From an uncultured virus (IMG/VR IMGVR_UViG_3300047557_000941) (Duplodnaviria; Heunggongvirae; Uroviricota; Caudoviricetes; Crassvirales): a stretch of DNA of 64,000 nt. Both the position numbers and the translations under genes were made by a program. Positions 29,801-38,359 of this stretch are shown one piece after another. The DNA is taken from positions 1-64,000 of the IMG/VR virus record IMGVR_UViG_3300047557_000941; one strand, written 5' to 3'. The first letter of the stretch is position 1; every line of letters starts with the position of its first letter. The notes under the pieces are model-generated. The model saw nothing but the letters and a program-made list of their open reading frames with translations, ran no database searches and was not told the origin of the DNA.

Positions 29801-30237
29801 AAAAGTTTGAGTCGGGTGGTGAAGAGTCTATGCCTGAAACCTATGAGGAAAAACAAAGAAAGAAAACAAAAGAGAAAATAAATAAACCATTAAGAATATT
29901 TATTCCTGAGACGGAAGGTAAGTTCGATGCAATGATGAGCCTAATGGGTGGTACGACAGCTGTTTCTTATGAAGTTGGCAAAAAGGTTATATTCGACAAC
30001 TTTATGGAGCTATATAAAGGAGGATACACAGATAAGTACGATAAATTCCATCCATATACCGAAGAAGAAAAGCAGAAAATTTTGAATAGAATGTATTTGG
30101 CTCCAGGTGAAATAACAGTATTCCCTACCGAGTATAGAAGCATTCAGAATAAACGTAAGAAAAACTTTATTAAGAATGTTCTTAAAAGAGAGGATTATGA
30201 TAAAAAAATGGAAGCCGAATTTAATAAGACGAACTAA
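23890..30237 (+). CDS. Giant putative ejection / internal virion protein 3 (2115 aa)
   Basis: Last gene of the structural operon, mostly helical, with N-terminal tandem KRLY..L....LYTKS..EFV.QF repeat. Confidence 0.7.
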   Translation: MDNGKRLYDQLSKDKLYTKSYDEFVNQFGSPDGQKRLYNTLKEQNLYTKSEQEFVGQFWSKKKDQTQGMVSATPSETTKPSSVSKGQIVTGPSASFGQSGSKLLAQEPTKQELPSTEGELLRAPEKPKPYNLKDKSWLENKQDVNALSKGVIEKSKLVASDIKAFNADSKSFQDDLNSFQQLAELNPSDPQLITLQKDLQKRQEELNQRSQALNNQASEVDVANLELKKKAVANYKKKAEQGNWGGALWNSIINGLESSAQGFQRSTIDAGIELLDLMGIDYASKEKKAELRNQVIKEGKGKLTEEEINSKVKDLSKKEVINTFKPILKKGYEEVKSKGTTEEFIQEKKKEGILPLATLGIAESLPIMASGGYGRFATGAMQTYASLNEQMDNDPALASMDENERKKITLPIAIISGYLEDVSFGRLLKQGAPALTPVVGKFVSAVLSKIPANATMDLIGKATKEFAESTAGKLLLKTAESAAKSYGVEAETGALQSSAEMITKEIYDKANNIDLFKNPEILSKEFLGKVIYDANVEGIGGLIMGAPIMAAQSALKGKDLSNDDFVAMKSLIQDPENAQLTISKITTDLSTGVITKEDAENQLKALNESKRILDLIPDQIPVESQRKAFTILADNAKIESELEQMSESIVGKDPNLVTDVTASMKEKEAQIEKNNQELSKLPKNAIQEQTTSEVPVQPETGVSGEVEEGEPQSEPQVPTEEVKVEEVAQPTEMSQEEWTKVQELADRIYNGEEITAAEDLQMQQKYPKAIESLLSKKQEPTETPKATKLSDEQNSAIKNGIKKAEDLVKAFPKRQPLAVKEKAITEFQKTNQEYIDADQTQKEEMIRQMNYSLGTAKKVSPPSVKKVLGIKPTMILVDEMKSLQEKLKLQEKAAKSGMDFANKAKKLVNLTLKKLPKGALDTKAINSLLTALDGKAETAEQRSVIIGKVLDIFKKSEDKVAISNAKLVSSQIEAEIRGAKKGVDFVKRITKSLSETLKSMVSRGAITPFQQSAIFNGLKSNLANPAMLDKFIAKVQQIIEKADYAKDLFDANKLKGRISSIAKRKNLSPEDKNIAKGFTSINPDLVTNLPEYINKATAFIESVSAPKVVEGKTVKPKVINYKEFNDYLNKQATIQQKALDDAMSAKYDKLLEEGKVTSNMNVADIEDYLKGVQENPKSFDYPKSVQVLKDSREFFEDSKKEVLEMIKNGEVNKEDLPLIKKFIDMNLLRMSSMDAFKAAKSLENFIVNGSTANMGLILDTYTGALKADQMLKLLEYKKRVVDKKIKLGGYKKYVYALGDIPYYLSNKKVKKLSDVYQENWLKELGHIDNFGSTYFGKPWEDIKEAMGYDRIEQGAVQTKQAVIDFSNKIEEKYKDRKNGEHNFLTSYTANELAMVGILYREATNMDTKQYFDERKKNIKETIEYLEEQEENKDLAERLRDIYEKLDIENATSGKEVFDRANPVIREALNDYISEYQKWYPEFARIAKEQFGIILSPDANYLPDFWEKTVDYDPEADVFSTRGFSIGHDIVNTKPAGNFIAPKYPDGLPRNADGSVNKIINFDFFQNNNRALTSTIGNVKTAPGMNQYLGFVNSPAFRYIIKNKYSRDLFKDKMDYTIRSLTNNAKTPKSGAIFDFLAPLYSYLGKAGARLGLSSVFAASKQTLPLFLNTLTYLNKNSGKMLEAMKIINDPKVMEWMNKMPYTVSVRSKESVTSIDFASKLLDKGDYSTKDKAAKSIKSALDFIIDKRLVPADVYIARTSWLAIYLNELQKLGVKDFDFDGYDSPESIKAAKEAERIVKKEHNQSMSELLPRLYSGKDSARKFARMAFGPFSGYSMAMKDKIKANSAILFDTNFKATKEEKADAAKSMVATLIEQTMFNGLRWGIGAFFIGVANYIDNEEEDEDTKTLKAMQEAQRMGTSTLQSFTGSLPFVEEEAEQYAINGLLDLVDYLHAYITNKEDGKMSPEQEAAWKKFESGGEESMPETYEEKQRKKTKEKINKPLRIFIPETEGKFDAMMSLMGGTTAVSYEVGKKVIFDNFMELYKGGYTDKYDKFHPYTEEEKQKILNRMYLAPGEITVFPTEYRSIQNKRKKNFIKNVLKREDYDKKMEAEFNKTN
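25940..26071 (+). CDS. Nested out-of-frame small basic protein MPFKSKQQVKYLYSQKPELAEKWRKENPNQNLKSLPKKLKSKK (43 aa)
   Basis: Hand-translated +1 frame with A-rich leader CCAAAAA before ATG; resembles MPFKS..Q..Y......P.IA..W small phage proteins as I recall them. Confidence 0.65.
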   Translation: MPFKSKQQVKYLYSQKPELAEKWRKENPNQNLKSLPKKLKSKK

Positions 30238-30266
30238 TAAAAATGGGGACCATGAGTCCCCTTTTT
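30238..30266. terminator. Bidirectional intrinsic terminator between convergent modules
   Basis: A-rich flank, GGGGAC-CATGA-GTCCCC hairpin, T run. Confidence 0.85.
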
Positions 30267-30289
30267 AATTAATCACCTTATACGCAATT

Positions 30290-30643
30290 CTAACTTAAAA
30301 ATCTTAATTTGTAAAGTGTAGAGCTTAATAACTCTTGAGTGTTGTCAACCATTTGTTGTAAGTAACCATCGGTTAAAGTACCACGGTATCCTTCAAATGC
30401 TGTCATCTTTTCTTTCAAGTAATCTACCATATCAAGACCCTCTTCTAGCTTAAAAGATTTGTATCCTTTAATGATACCATACTTACCTTGGTAAGCCTCC
30501 ACGTAAGCGTCAAATTGATCCGTAATGCCATCATACAATTCATTCAAAGCCTTGTGTTCTGCGAATGATGATGTTTGCAAGTGAGCAATGTGTGAGATAT
30601 CTTGAATCTATAATAATGAGCTAACGTATTCTTGGACTGTCAT
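30290..30643 (-). pseudogene. Dps/ferritin-like four-helix phage protein interrupted by in-frame TAG at codon 12
   Basis: ATG 30643 reads MTVQEYVSSLL*IQDISHIAHLQTSSFAEHKALNELYD...TLYKLRFLS; TAG at 30610-30608; promoter box at 30659-30666. Confidence 0.7.
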
Positions 30644-30666
30644 AATCTTATATTTTCACAAAAATA

Positions 30667-31800
30667 CTAAAATATATTCACTAGTCGTGCAACCTGCCCA
30701 TTCTCTTTGTGGTGAATGAAACCTTCAACAGCTTTGGGAGAATGCTGATATCCGGAACGATGGTGCCAACTATCGGTACCACTGGGAGATCGGAGAGACT
30801 CGACGCAAACGCCCATGTAATCCTTAGAAGACTTGTGGTGCACGTGATGAGTATAAATGTAGCGGTGTTTTGAGTCTGCCCACTCTTTACTTGCTTCATG
30901 AGCCATTAATAGGGGTAAGTCTGATACCTTAGCCCCGTCTCCGTGTGTTGTGCCAATTAGGTTTGAGCCATACTGAGTGTACTTACGGTGGGCAATAGAG
31001 CAATCAAATGTGATGTTTGGATTATTATGGAACCAAGACTCGATTGCATCGGCTAAAAAGAAGCCATTAGTGTAGTCGTGGTTTGATGGATTAAATACAA
31101 AGTGAACGTCAGCTATACCAATTAACATCTCGATGACCTCGATATATAACTTCTTAGCGACTCTAAAGTTGTCGTACCACATTCCATCCGTATCCTGTGG
31201 AGTTCCGCTTGTAGTCGTACGTTTTGGGGTGTCTATGTGAAGGATGTCATTACCACCTACAAAAAGAATCTTGTCAATGTTAAAACCAGATGCTTTTTGT
31301 ACGATTCCACGTACACCATCAAGTACACGCTGAACAGCAATCTGATTATTGTAGTCATCGCCAGTCTCAAAAGAAGAGGCTAACTTGCCAATGTGAATAT
31401 CAGCTGGGTCAACAACTAATAGGTGACCATCCTGAATGTTACTGCGATCTAACTTGGGATATACAGGTGCGTGCTTTTGCATCTCAGCCACGATATCAGC
31501 TCGCATGTCATGATATGTTTGTACCGGGTCTTTCTTGTCAACCTTGACAAAAATAGACTGCTTATCAGTCTTCAGCCAGTAGTGCGATACCTCACCGATT
31601 GGTGCACCTTCTTTATCACACTCATCGTTTAGGCTGCGATGTTCTGTTCTTAAAATGTATTCGGAAATTCTTTTGCGTAGCGTATCGACATTTCTGTCGT
31701 GCATATTATAATTCTCCTGTACTCTTCTAGCAATCTCAGCTTTGTTAAGATCGCCTTGTTGGTGTAGTTCTAGTGCGTATTCTAGGTAAGGTTTCATCAC
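30667..31800 (-). CDS. Calcineurin-like metallophosphoesterase with N-terminal HTH-like region
   Basis: DIHIGK, GNDILH, PSNHD, THGD and HHVHH motifs. Confidence 0.8.
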   Translation of the reverse strand: MMKPYLEYALELHQQGDLNKAEIARRVQENYNMHDRNVDTLRKRISEYILRTEHRSLNDECDKEGAPIGEVSHYWLKTDKQSIFVKVDKKDPVQTYHDMRADIVAEMQKHAPVYPKLDRSNIQDGHLLVVDPADIHIGKLASSFETGDDYNNQIAVQRVLDGVRGIVQKASGFNIDKILFVGGNDILHIDTPKRTTTSGTPQDTDGMWYDNFRVAKKLYIEVIEMLIGIADVHFVFNPSNHDYTNGFFLADAIESWFHNNPNITFDCSIAHRKYTQYGSNLIGTTHGDGAKVSDLPLLMAHEASKEWADSKHRYIYTHHVHHKSSKDYMGVCVESLRSPSGTDSWHHRSGYQHSPKAVEGFIHHKENGQVARLVNIF

Positions 31801-31945
31801 GTAATTGATTTAATTTTTCGATTAGAATTGAAATAGAGTCTTGAAGGTCTTCGTACTCTTTGTCTATAAGAGCCTCATATATCTCGTCTGTCATCTTATT
31901 GATGAAGCGAATTGTTGTGTTAGTATAGTCAATATGCTCTTTCAT
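31745..31945 (-). CDS. Hypothetical small helical protein
   Basis: ORF with ATG at 31945, overlapping the next gene. Confidence 0.55.
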   Translation of the reverse strand: MKEHIDYTNTTIRFINKMTDEIYEALIDKEYEDLQDSISILIEKLNQLRDETLPRIRTRTTPTRRS

Positions 31946-32128
31946 AAACAAATAAAGGGGAAGTGTAAAACGATAAACACCTCCCCTTCAAAAAAATTAT
32001 CACTTTAACCTTTGTAAATTTAGTTAAATATCTAATTACTTGTACATTTTTAATAAAAAATTTATAAGAACCCATTTTCAAGGACACCACCGACCAAAGC
32101 CTTAGTGGTTTTAAATGGGTAAACCTTA

Positions 32129-33892
32129 TTAACCATCACAAGATAAACAATCAGGATCCGTTGCACGTGTAGCAATATCAGCCCGCAAAACAGATTCTGT
32201 ACGCATATAATACAATGTCTTAATACGTTGTCTCCAAGCCTCCATGTGTACCTGATTAATCCACTTAGGTGTAGCCTGAGATGGGAACGCTAGGTTTAAT
32301 GAAACAGATTGGTCAATGTACTGCTGACGGATACCTGCCTGCTTAATTAATTCTAATTGGTTTATCTCCTTAAATGTTTTGAATACATCCTTAACTGGGA
32401 TATGGTCATCGCCTTCAGGATTCTCAGTCAACTTTCCGTTCACATAGAACCAGTTATCTAGTTCAGCAATGTCTTGGATTGATCCACCATCAGCAAGAAT
32501 CTTATCCCATATCTCCTTGGTGTTAATACCAATCTTCTTCAATACTTTCTCGAGCTCTTTGTTCTTGCGAATGAATGTACCCTTAGCTGATTGGTCTGTG
32601 AATACGTTAGCAGCCCAAGGCTCAACACCAGCAGATACGTTACCACTTAGCTTAGAGTTAGATACGGTTGGAGCTATTGCACGTAAGTGTGTGTTACGCA
32701 TGCCTGTCTCAACACACCATAATGGCTCGCCATATTCTACAGCCATGTCACGTGATGCACGCTCAGACTCAATCTTAATTTGAGAGAATATCTTACGTGT
32801 CTCAAACTGAGCAAGCAATCCTTCGAACGGAATACCTTTCTGTTGTAAGTATGTATGCCATCCTAGAACACCTAGTCCAATAGCACGACCTTTCTCAGCA
32901 AATCGAACTACGTTCTCGAAGCCTTTCATATTCTTAGCTTTCTGAATGAACTCTTCAAGCACACCATCTAGAAACCATGTAGCTACATAGATTAAGTCTG
33001 TGTCTTTCCACTCGTCGTACTTAGCTAGGTTGACTGATGATAGGCAACACACAAAGCTATGGCTCTCATCTGTATGTAACACAATCTCCGAGCAGATGTT
33101 AGTCATGTACACCTTCAAGCTATTCTTCTTGTATGCCTCAGGGTTCTGCTTGTTTACATTACCTTTGAACATGATGTATGGCTCACCTGTAGCCTTACGC
33201 TTCTGTAATAACTTACCCCACTTGCGACGTGCATCCGGGTCTCCTTCTTCTAGCTTACGCATGAACTTATCACCCACCACAGCACATTGGTGTAGGTTTA
33301 AGCACTGGCGATTCACATCACCCTTGGGCTCACGAATCTCCAACCAATCCTCAAAATCTTTGTGCTCAATGTTAAGGTTACTAGATGCCGCACCACGACG
33401 AACATTGCCTTGTGATGTTGCAAGAATGGTAGAGTCAAAGATTTTAGTGAATGGGATAACACCATCAGATGTTCCGTTCTTAGATATCTTTGATCCTGCA
33501 GGACGGATGCGGTTAAAGCCTACTCCTACACCACCTCCGTGTTTAGCAAGTAGCATCATCTCTAAGTTCTTAGTACCAATGTCATAGACTGAGTCAGCTA
33601 TGTCAATACCATAACAAGAGATAGGTAAGCCTCGATCAGTGCCTGTGTTAGATAGCACAGGTGTAGCTAGGTTTAACCATCCATTCCAGATGTATTGAAA
33701 GAACTTGTCAGCCATCTCAGGCTTACCAAGTCTATCAGCTACAGCACGAGATACACGTGCGTATGCATTTATTGGTTTCTCTCCTGCAAGCAGGTATCCA
33801 CCTGAGATTGTCTTTACGTATTCGGGTGAGTTACCCCAAGCTGGGAAGTCTACATCTAGTTCCCATCCTAGGTTCTCTGCGTGATTAATCAT
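32129..33892 (-). CDS. nrdA: Ribonucleotide reductase class Ia alpha subunit
   Basis: ATPVLSN, PISCY, GGGVG, TNICSEI, VCCLSS, AIAPTVSNS, KTLYYMRT and C-terminal CLSCDG. Confidence 0.95.
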   Translation of the reverse strand: MINHAENLGWELDVDFPAWGNSPEYVKTISGGYLLAGEKPINAYARVSRAVADRLGKPEMADKFFQYIWNGWLNLATPVLSNTGTDRGLPISCYGIDIADSVYDIGTKNLEMMLLAKHGGGVGVGFNRIRPAGSKISKNGTSDGVIPFTKIFDSTILATSQGNVRRGAASSNLNIEHKDFEDWLEIREPKGDVNRQCLNLHQCAVVGDKFMRKLEEGDPDARRKWGKLLQKRKATGEPYIMFKGNVNKQNPEAYKKNSLKVYMTNICSEIVLHTDESHSFVCCLSSVNLAKYDEWKDTDLIYVATWFLDGVLEEFIQKAKNMKGFENVVRFAEKGRAIGLGVLGWHTYLQQKGIPFEGLLAQFETRKIFSQIKIESERASRDMAVEYGEPLWCVETGMRNTHLRAIAPTVSNSKLSGNVSAGVEPWAANVFTDQSAKGTFIRKNKELEKVLKKIGINTKEIWDKILADGGSIQDIAELDNWFYVNGKLTENPEGDDHIPVKDVFKTFKEINQLELIKQAGIRQQYIDQSVSLNLAFPSQATPKWINQVHMEAWRQRIKTLYYMRTESVLRADIATRATDPDCLSCDG

Positions 33893-33978
33893 TTTCTAAA
33901 GATTTAATTAGTTCAAGTAAAAATTCTATCATTTGCACAGCACTCTCTGAGCTGCTTGCATCTATGGAAGCGGTTGAC

Positions 33979-34278
33979 TTATCGGGCAACACTATCTCCA
34001 TCTTTATTGGGGAATTTGGCATAGCTAAATGATGTTAAAAAAGAGGTTAAAGGTTCTATCTCATCAAAATACATATACTCATCATCGAATATATAAACCT
34101 TCCATGTGCTAAGTTTTGCCGCATCATCCTCATTTGTAATTAACGTAGTATGCTTGGATACTACATATACATAGTAGTAAAAATCGTACTCATGTCCTGA
34201 CTCATGTTTAGAGATAAAGACTTTCTCAAAACCTAAATCTATTAGGTCTTGCTCATGGATAGGATGGTGCTTTATCAT
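33979..34278 (-). CDS. Hypothetical protein
   Basis: 99-aa ORF coupled to the MazG-like gene. Confidence 0.6.
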   Translation of the reverse strand: MIKHHPIHEQDLIDLGFEKVFISKHESGHEYDFYYYVYVVSKHTTLITNEDDAAKLSTWKVYIFDDEYMYFDEIEPLTSFLTSFSYAKFPNKDGDSVAR

Positions 34279-34583
34279 TCCTTTATGAAGACTCCGTTAG
34301 TTGTTTTTCCTTTGCGATGCTTAATCTCATTCCATGCGGAGTTCAATGCTTCTTGTGGTGTTAACCCACATTGCATTGTCAAGATGATAAGAGTAACGAA
34401 CGTGTCACCTAAGCCGTCAATCAATTCATCAGGCTTGTTCTTGCTGATAGCGGATGCCGCTTCGCCTAGCTCCTCAATTACTTTTACGAATTGAGACTTT
34501 ACAAATGATGGGTCAATCAAACCTTTGTCGTTAGCCCAGTCATGTACATTAATAATTAGTTGGTCAAAAGATAATTCTTCCAT
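34275..34583 (-). CDS. MazG-like nucleotide pyrophosphohydrolase
   Basis: KVIEELGE, DGLGDTFVTL and AWNEIKHRKG..NGVFIKE. Confidence 0.85.
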   Translation of the reverse strand: MEELSFDQLIINVHDWANDKGLIDPSFVKSQFVKVIEELGEAASAISKNKPDELIDGLGDTFVTLIILTMQCGLTPQEALNSAWNEIKHRKGKTTNGVFIKE

Positions 34584-34604
34584 TGTTATTATATTTAGTT
34601 TAAG

Positions 34605-35597
34605 TTAAAACATATCACTCCAGTCCTCGCCTTCATTGGCTTTGCTATAAGCAGTTGGTCTGGTTGCAAAAAAATCTGAGTGCTCAACGCCTGCTGTTAA
34701 TTGGTAGAACCAATCTAATTGCTCGGCAGCACCTGGGTCGTAAGCAAAGATGGCATCATAGCCTAGCTCTACTAACTTATCGTTGATGCGTTTGTGCATA
34801 AAATGTTTAAGGTCGTAAGCCTTTAAGTTTTCTAAGTCACCTCTTTCAAATATCTTGTCAATGAATTTCATCTCCATATCCAAGGTTAACTTAGCCGCTT
34901 CAATGATGGCATCCTTTGCATCTGTCTTTAGGTCAGGGAATTCCTCACACATATGACGGAACAATTGACACCCCATCTTAGAGTGCAGAGCCTCATCTCT
35001 TACTGACCATTTCATCTGTTGACCAACACCTTTTAGTTTATTGTTCAATTGGAATGAATAGAGCACAGCGAATGAGCTATACAATGCTACACCTTCAGTG
35101 AACGCTGAGAAGATAGCTAATGATCTAGCCACATCTCTACGAGCTGGTGCACTCGTGCAAAGAATCTTATAGTTGTAATGGTGTGGCACAGATGTTAACG
35201 CCTCCACACGACTAGCAATAGCAGGCTCGTGCATGAACCCCTCGTAGTCATCAAGACCAAGAGTATCATTAAGATACGAGTAAGCCGTTGCGTGAACAGT
35301 CTCCTGAGCTCCGAACATCATAGCCATCTGAATGATTTCATACTTAGGGAACCAATCAGTCACCATGCCTGTCCAGTAGTCAGACACAGCACACTCTGTC
35401 TGAGCAAATCCAAGTAGGATATTGCCTACCACGTGCTTCTCATTCTCTGTTAGATTCTCATTCCAATCTTTTACATCGGATGACATAGGAATCTCTGTGT
35501 GTAACCAGAATGCTTGGGCTTGTTTCAACCATCCTTCTGTGTAATACTCTGGGTATTCAAAAGGTTTGTATGCAATACGTTTTTCAAATAAACTCAT
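34605..35597 (-). CDS. nrdB: Ribonucleotide reductase class Ia beta subunit
   Basis: YKPFEYP, ETVHATAY, EGVALYSSF, RDEALH and DFFATRPTAYSK. Confidence 0.95.
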   Translation of the reverse strand: MSLFEKRIAYKPFEYPEYYTEGWLKQAQAFWLHTEIPMSSDVKDWNENLTENEKHVVGNILLGFAQTECAVSDYWTGMVTDWFPKYEIIQMAMMFGAQETVHATAYSYLNDTLGLDDYEGFMHEPAIASRVEALTSVPHHYNYKILCTSAPARRDVARSLAIFSAFTEGVALYSSFAVLYSFQLNNKLKGVGQQMKWSVRDEALHSKMGCQLFRHMCEEFPDLKTDAKDAIIEAAKLTLDMEMKFIDKIFERGDLENLKAYDLKHFMHKRINDKLVELGYDAIFAYDPGAAEQLDWFYQLTAGVEHSDFFATRPTAYSKANEGEDWSDMF

Positions 35598-35928
35598 AAG
35601 ATGCTATAAATCGTTTTATTGTTTTGTCTTTAACTATTAAGTTCCCATCTGATATTTCATCCAAGAACTGGTCAATGTCTATTTGCTCAAGCAATTCGAC
35701 TGTAACCACCTTATCTGGTTCTTCTTTATGGTCAAGATATATCTCGCCTTCAGAAGCGTAAAACCTAAAATACTTAGGCTCTTCTTCGACAACACTGAAC
35801 GCAATTACACGTTCAATATCTCTGTCTAATTCATTAGAGAAGTGAACCATTGCATCAGCTATCTGATCAAAAGTATCCTCCCGCATCGAGCTCATCCATT
35901 TGAAGAGACTCTGCGGTACTGCTACCAT
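35584..35928 (-). CDS. Hypothetical acidic protein
   Basis: Track ORF 35584..35979; the internal ATG at 35928 reduces the overlap with VRR-NUC; start uncertain. Confidence 0.55.
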   Translation of the reverse strand: MVAVPQSLFKWMSSMREDTFDQIADAMVHFSNELDRDIERVIAFSVVEEEPKYFRFYASEGEIYLDHKEEPDKVVTVELLEQIDIDQFLDEISDGNLIVKDKTIKRFIASYEFI

Positions 35929-36172
35929 TTGTCTCTCCTCGAAATACCTCGACACTAAATCCGTGTTTTCTGAGTTCATTTAGTCTAAATTTTTGTAAGT
36001 CTGATACTTTTCCTGTTGGTGTCTTCACCTCGCTAAACAAAACTCCCTTGGTCGGATGCAAAGCTAGTAAGTCAGGTATACCGTTCTTGTTAGTCTTGAT
36101 TAACTTAAGAACATAGTACCCTTCTTTCTCTAGTTGCTTAATTCGTTTGGATTGTATTTGTTGTTCTGACAT
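35867..36172 (-). CDS. VRR-NUC domain nuclease
   Basis: SEQQIQ, GIPDLL, FSEVKTPTGKVSDLQ; adjacent to the SNF2 helicase. Confidence 0.85.
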   Translation of the reverse strand: MSEQQIQSKRIKQLEKEGYYVLKLIKTNKNGIPDLLALHPTKGVLFSEVKTPTGKVSDLQKFRLNELRKHGFSVEVFRGETNGSSTAESLQMDELDAGGYF

Positions 36173-36176
36173 GGGG

Positions 36177-37412
36177 CTACGAATTTAAGAAATCTTTCTT
36201 GAAGAAGTTTAAGGTATAGTCCTTTTTTTGTTGAACCACTTCGTAAATCTTTTCCTCGATTCCTCCAATCGTAAACACCCAATACACCTTGTTAAACTTG
36301 CGGTCGATGGTGGTCATCCTATCCTTGCTTTGCCAATAAGATGTTGCACTAAAATCTATGTTATAGTACACCAAGAAGTCAGCGTTGCGGAGGCTAATAC
36401 CTTCACGTCCTGATACAATCTGAAGAGCAATGTTCTTGCTAGTTGTATTGAACTCCTCAAGGTCATCAGTCAACTCATCACCAAACACAAACTTTAATGC
36501 ATCCCACTCAGCCTTGAACTTATAAAAGATTCCTATCTTCTTGTTCTTGAACTGATCCTTGATGTAGGTAGCCTTGGTGTAGTCAAACACTAGTCTTCTG
36601 CCTGACTCAAGGATGATGGTGCCTGAGTACATCTGATGTAACTTGTTCATCATCTTAGCCCCAGTGTCAGCAAGTATCGTGTCATCATCACCTTGCACAA
36701 CTGAATCTTTCTTCAGTTTGTTAGCCAACTTGTAAGTCAAAGGGCTCATGCCAACTCTAAGCACTGCCTCCTCTACTGATGTAGTGAAGCCTGCTTTCTC
36801 TTGGGTGAATGATATCATTAGATACTTGATGGCATCCATAATTTTATCTTTCAACGCACCTGAGTAGTCATTAACTTTCATTGCACCTATGTACTTTATT
36901 TTTACTTTAACATAGTCATTAGCCCACCGGTAAAAGTTAGCATAAGATTTGAATGGGTTATTAGGATGCACATAAAGCTGGTGGTATATCTGAGAGTAAC
37001 TCTCAGGTGTCGGTGTGCCCGATAGAAATATAACCTTTGCGTTAGACTTCTTCACCAAATCTTTAACTTGCTTCGCTCTTTTGCTAGGCTTAGGGAATGC
37101 ACCCATGGTGTGTGCCTCATCACAAATTATGAGGTTCCAATTTGTCCCCTCAAGTTTATGTAATGACTCATAGTTTACACACGTAAGGTTAAAGTTACAA
37201 CCTAAATCTTTATGGTCTTTCTTAATACCTGGCACCACCTTTAACTTAGTGATGAACAATACTTCTTTAGCACCTAATGCATCGCAGATAGCTAGTGATG
37301 TCATGGTCTTACCGGTCCTTACTTCCATAGAAAGATACAGCAGACCATGCTCTTTAATAATGCCAAGCCCGTCGTTTACTATCTTCTTCTGGTAATCCCT
37401 TAGTTGTATCAT
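36177..37412 (-). CDS. SNF2-like superfamily 2 helicase
   Basis: LRDYQ, EVRTGKT, DEAH, LSGTP, SGREGISL, QSKDR; start ATG 37412. Confidence 0.88.
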   Translation of the reverse strand: MIQLRDYQKKIVNDGLGIIKEHGLLYLSMEVRTGKTMTSLAICDALGAKEVLFITKLKVVPGIKKDHKDLGCNFNLTCVNYESLHKLEGTNWNLIICDEAHTMGAFPKPSKRAKQVKDLVKKSNAKVIFLSGTPTPESYSQIYHQLYVHPNNPFKSYANFYRWANDYVKVKIKYIGAMKVNDYSGALKDKIMDAIKYLMISFTQEKAGFTTSVEEAVLRVGMSPLTYKLANKLKKDSVVQGDDDTILADTGAKMMNKLHQMYSGTIILESGRRLVFDYTKATYIKDQFKNKKIGIFYKFKAEWDALKFVFGDELTDDLEEFNTTSKNIALQIVSGREGISLRNADFLVYYNIDFSATSYWQSKDRMTTIDRKFNKVYWVFTIGGIEEKIYEVVQQKKDYTLNFFKKDFLNS

Positions 37413-37638
37413 AATTATTTGCGTAATAAGTTTCTGCATCAAATGCAGGGTTAGAAATCTTTTCTTCTCTTGTTCTTAAACCCTTTTCGTAGCCATCGTT
37501 CCAAGCGTCAAGTATTTGTTTTCTTTCAGATATAAGATACTGCAATCCAATAACTCTAAGAAAGTTCGGTATACTATCTGTAGGCATTCGGATAATCTTC
37601 TCCATAAAATACCTTAATGTTGTTTTATTCTTTTCCAT
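37354..37638 (-). CDS. Hypothetical protein (E.KQI.DA family)
   Basis: ERKQILDAWNDG...AETYY resembles 37625..37867 and 47540..47806. Confidence 0.55.
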   Translation of the reverse strand: MEKNKTTLRYFMEKIIRMPTDSIPNFLRVIGLQYLISERKQILDAWNDGYEKGLRTREEKISNPAFDAETYYANNYDTTKGLPEEDSKRRAWHY

Positions 37639-37867
37639 AAGTTTCTTTATAATAATCTTCAAAGTCTTTCCCTATGTTTTGCATCTCATCTCGGACACCC
37701 CTGTAATAAGCCTCTCTTATTTTATCTTCCTCCATTTGTTTGCTTTTCATAATAATGTTATCTAATACATCATAATTAATTATTACTTCATTATTAAGAC
37801 TATATTTACATTCAAAGTGCAACAACTCTTCTAACCACTCTACTGCTGTTTGTTTTCTTTGTTCCAT
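37625..37867 (-). CDS. Hypothetical protein (KQTAVEWL family)
   Basis: KQTAVEWL...MEEDKIREAY...EDYYKETYGK. Confidence 0.6.
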   Translation of the reverse strand: MEQRKQTAVEWLEELLHFECKYSLNNEVIINYDVLDNIIMKSKQMEEDKIREAYYRGVRDEMQNIGKDFEDYYKETYGKE

Positions 37868-38133
37868 GGGTATTGACTGCTTAAAAATTCTCTGTAAACC
37901 GATAGTAATAATTCTTCAGGTATAAGTTCTCCATCAATGTAGACTTGTCCGTTTTTTATTCGCATTAACTCCTTGGGTTTATCCCATATCTCCATGAAGT
38001 GATCGCATTCGCCATCCTCCTTCATTGGTGGAGTCATAAAGTATGACTGGTAGTCACTCGCTTTTGCTGTGTACCTATAGCACATCTGCTTCTTTTGGCA
38101 CTCATCTCCTTTACATTTTGCTATATCAGGCAT
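37840..38133 (-). CDS. Cys-rich hypothetical protein (MPDIAKC..C..K..CYRY)
   Basis: ATG 38133 lies within the junction repeat; four Cys. Confidence 0.6.
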   Translation of the reverse strand: MPDIAKCKGDECQKKQMCYRYTAKASDYQSYFMTPPMKEDGECDHFMEIWDKPKELMRIKNGQVYIDGELIPEELLLSVYREFLSSQYPWNKENKQQ

Positions 38134-38359
38134 TGTCTTGTTGTTTAATATTGTGTTCAATACCATTCTCTGTAAGCATTAAAGAAAAAACTGATGCAAG
38201 TTTTAGCACATCCTTACCTTCTTTTAATTCTATTGTAATAGTTTCTCCTTCCCAACTAAATGATACACTAAACGGGCTTGGTATAAATCCTTTAATAGTA
38301 TATCCACCTGTGTCAGCCATTTTTAGTTTATCTTCGTACATTTTAATTTCATCATTCAT
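38126..38359 (-). CDS. Hypothetical cassette protein
   Basis: Starts and ends in junction repeats; ends KQQDNA. Confidence 0.6.
   Translation of the reverse strand: MNDEIKMYEDKLKMADTGGYTIKGFIPSPFSVSFSWEGETITIELKEGKDVLKLASVFSLMLTENGIEHNIKQQDNA

Noticed and set aside
30608..30610. Genome-wide TAG reassignment (genetic code 15)
   Set aside because: Large genes are intact under code 11 and TAG terminates the capsid gene and groEL; only one internal TAG was seen.
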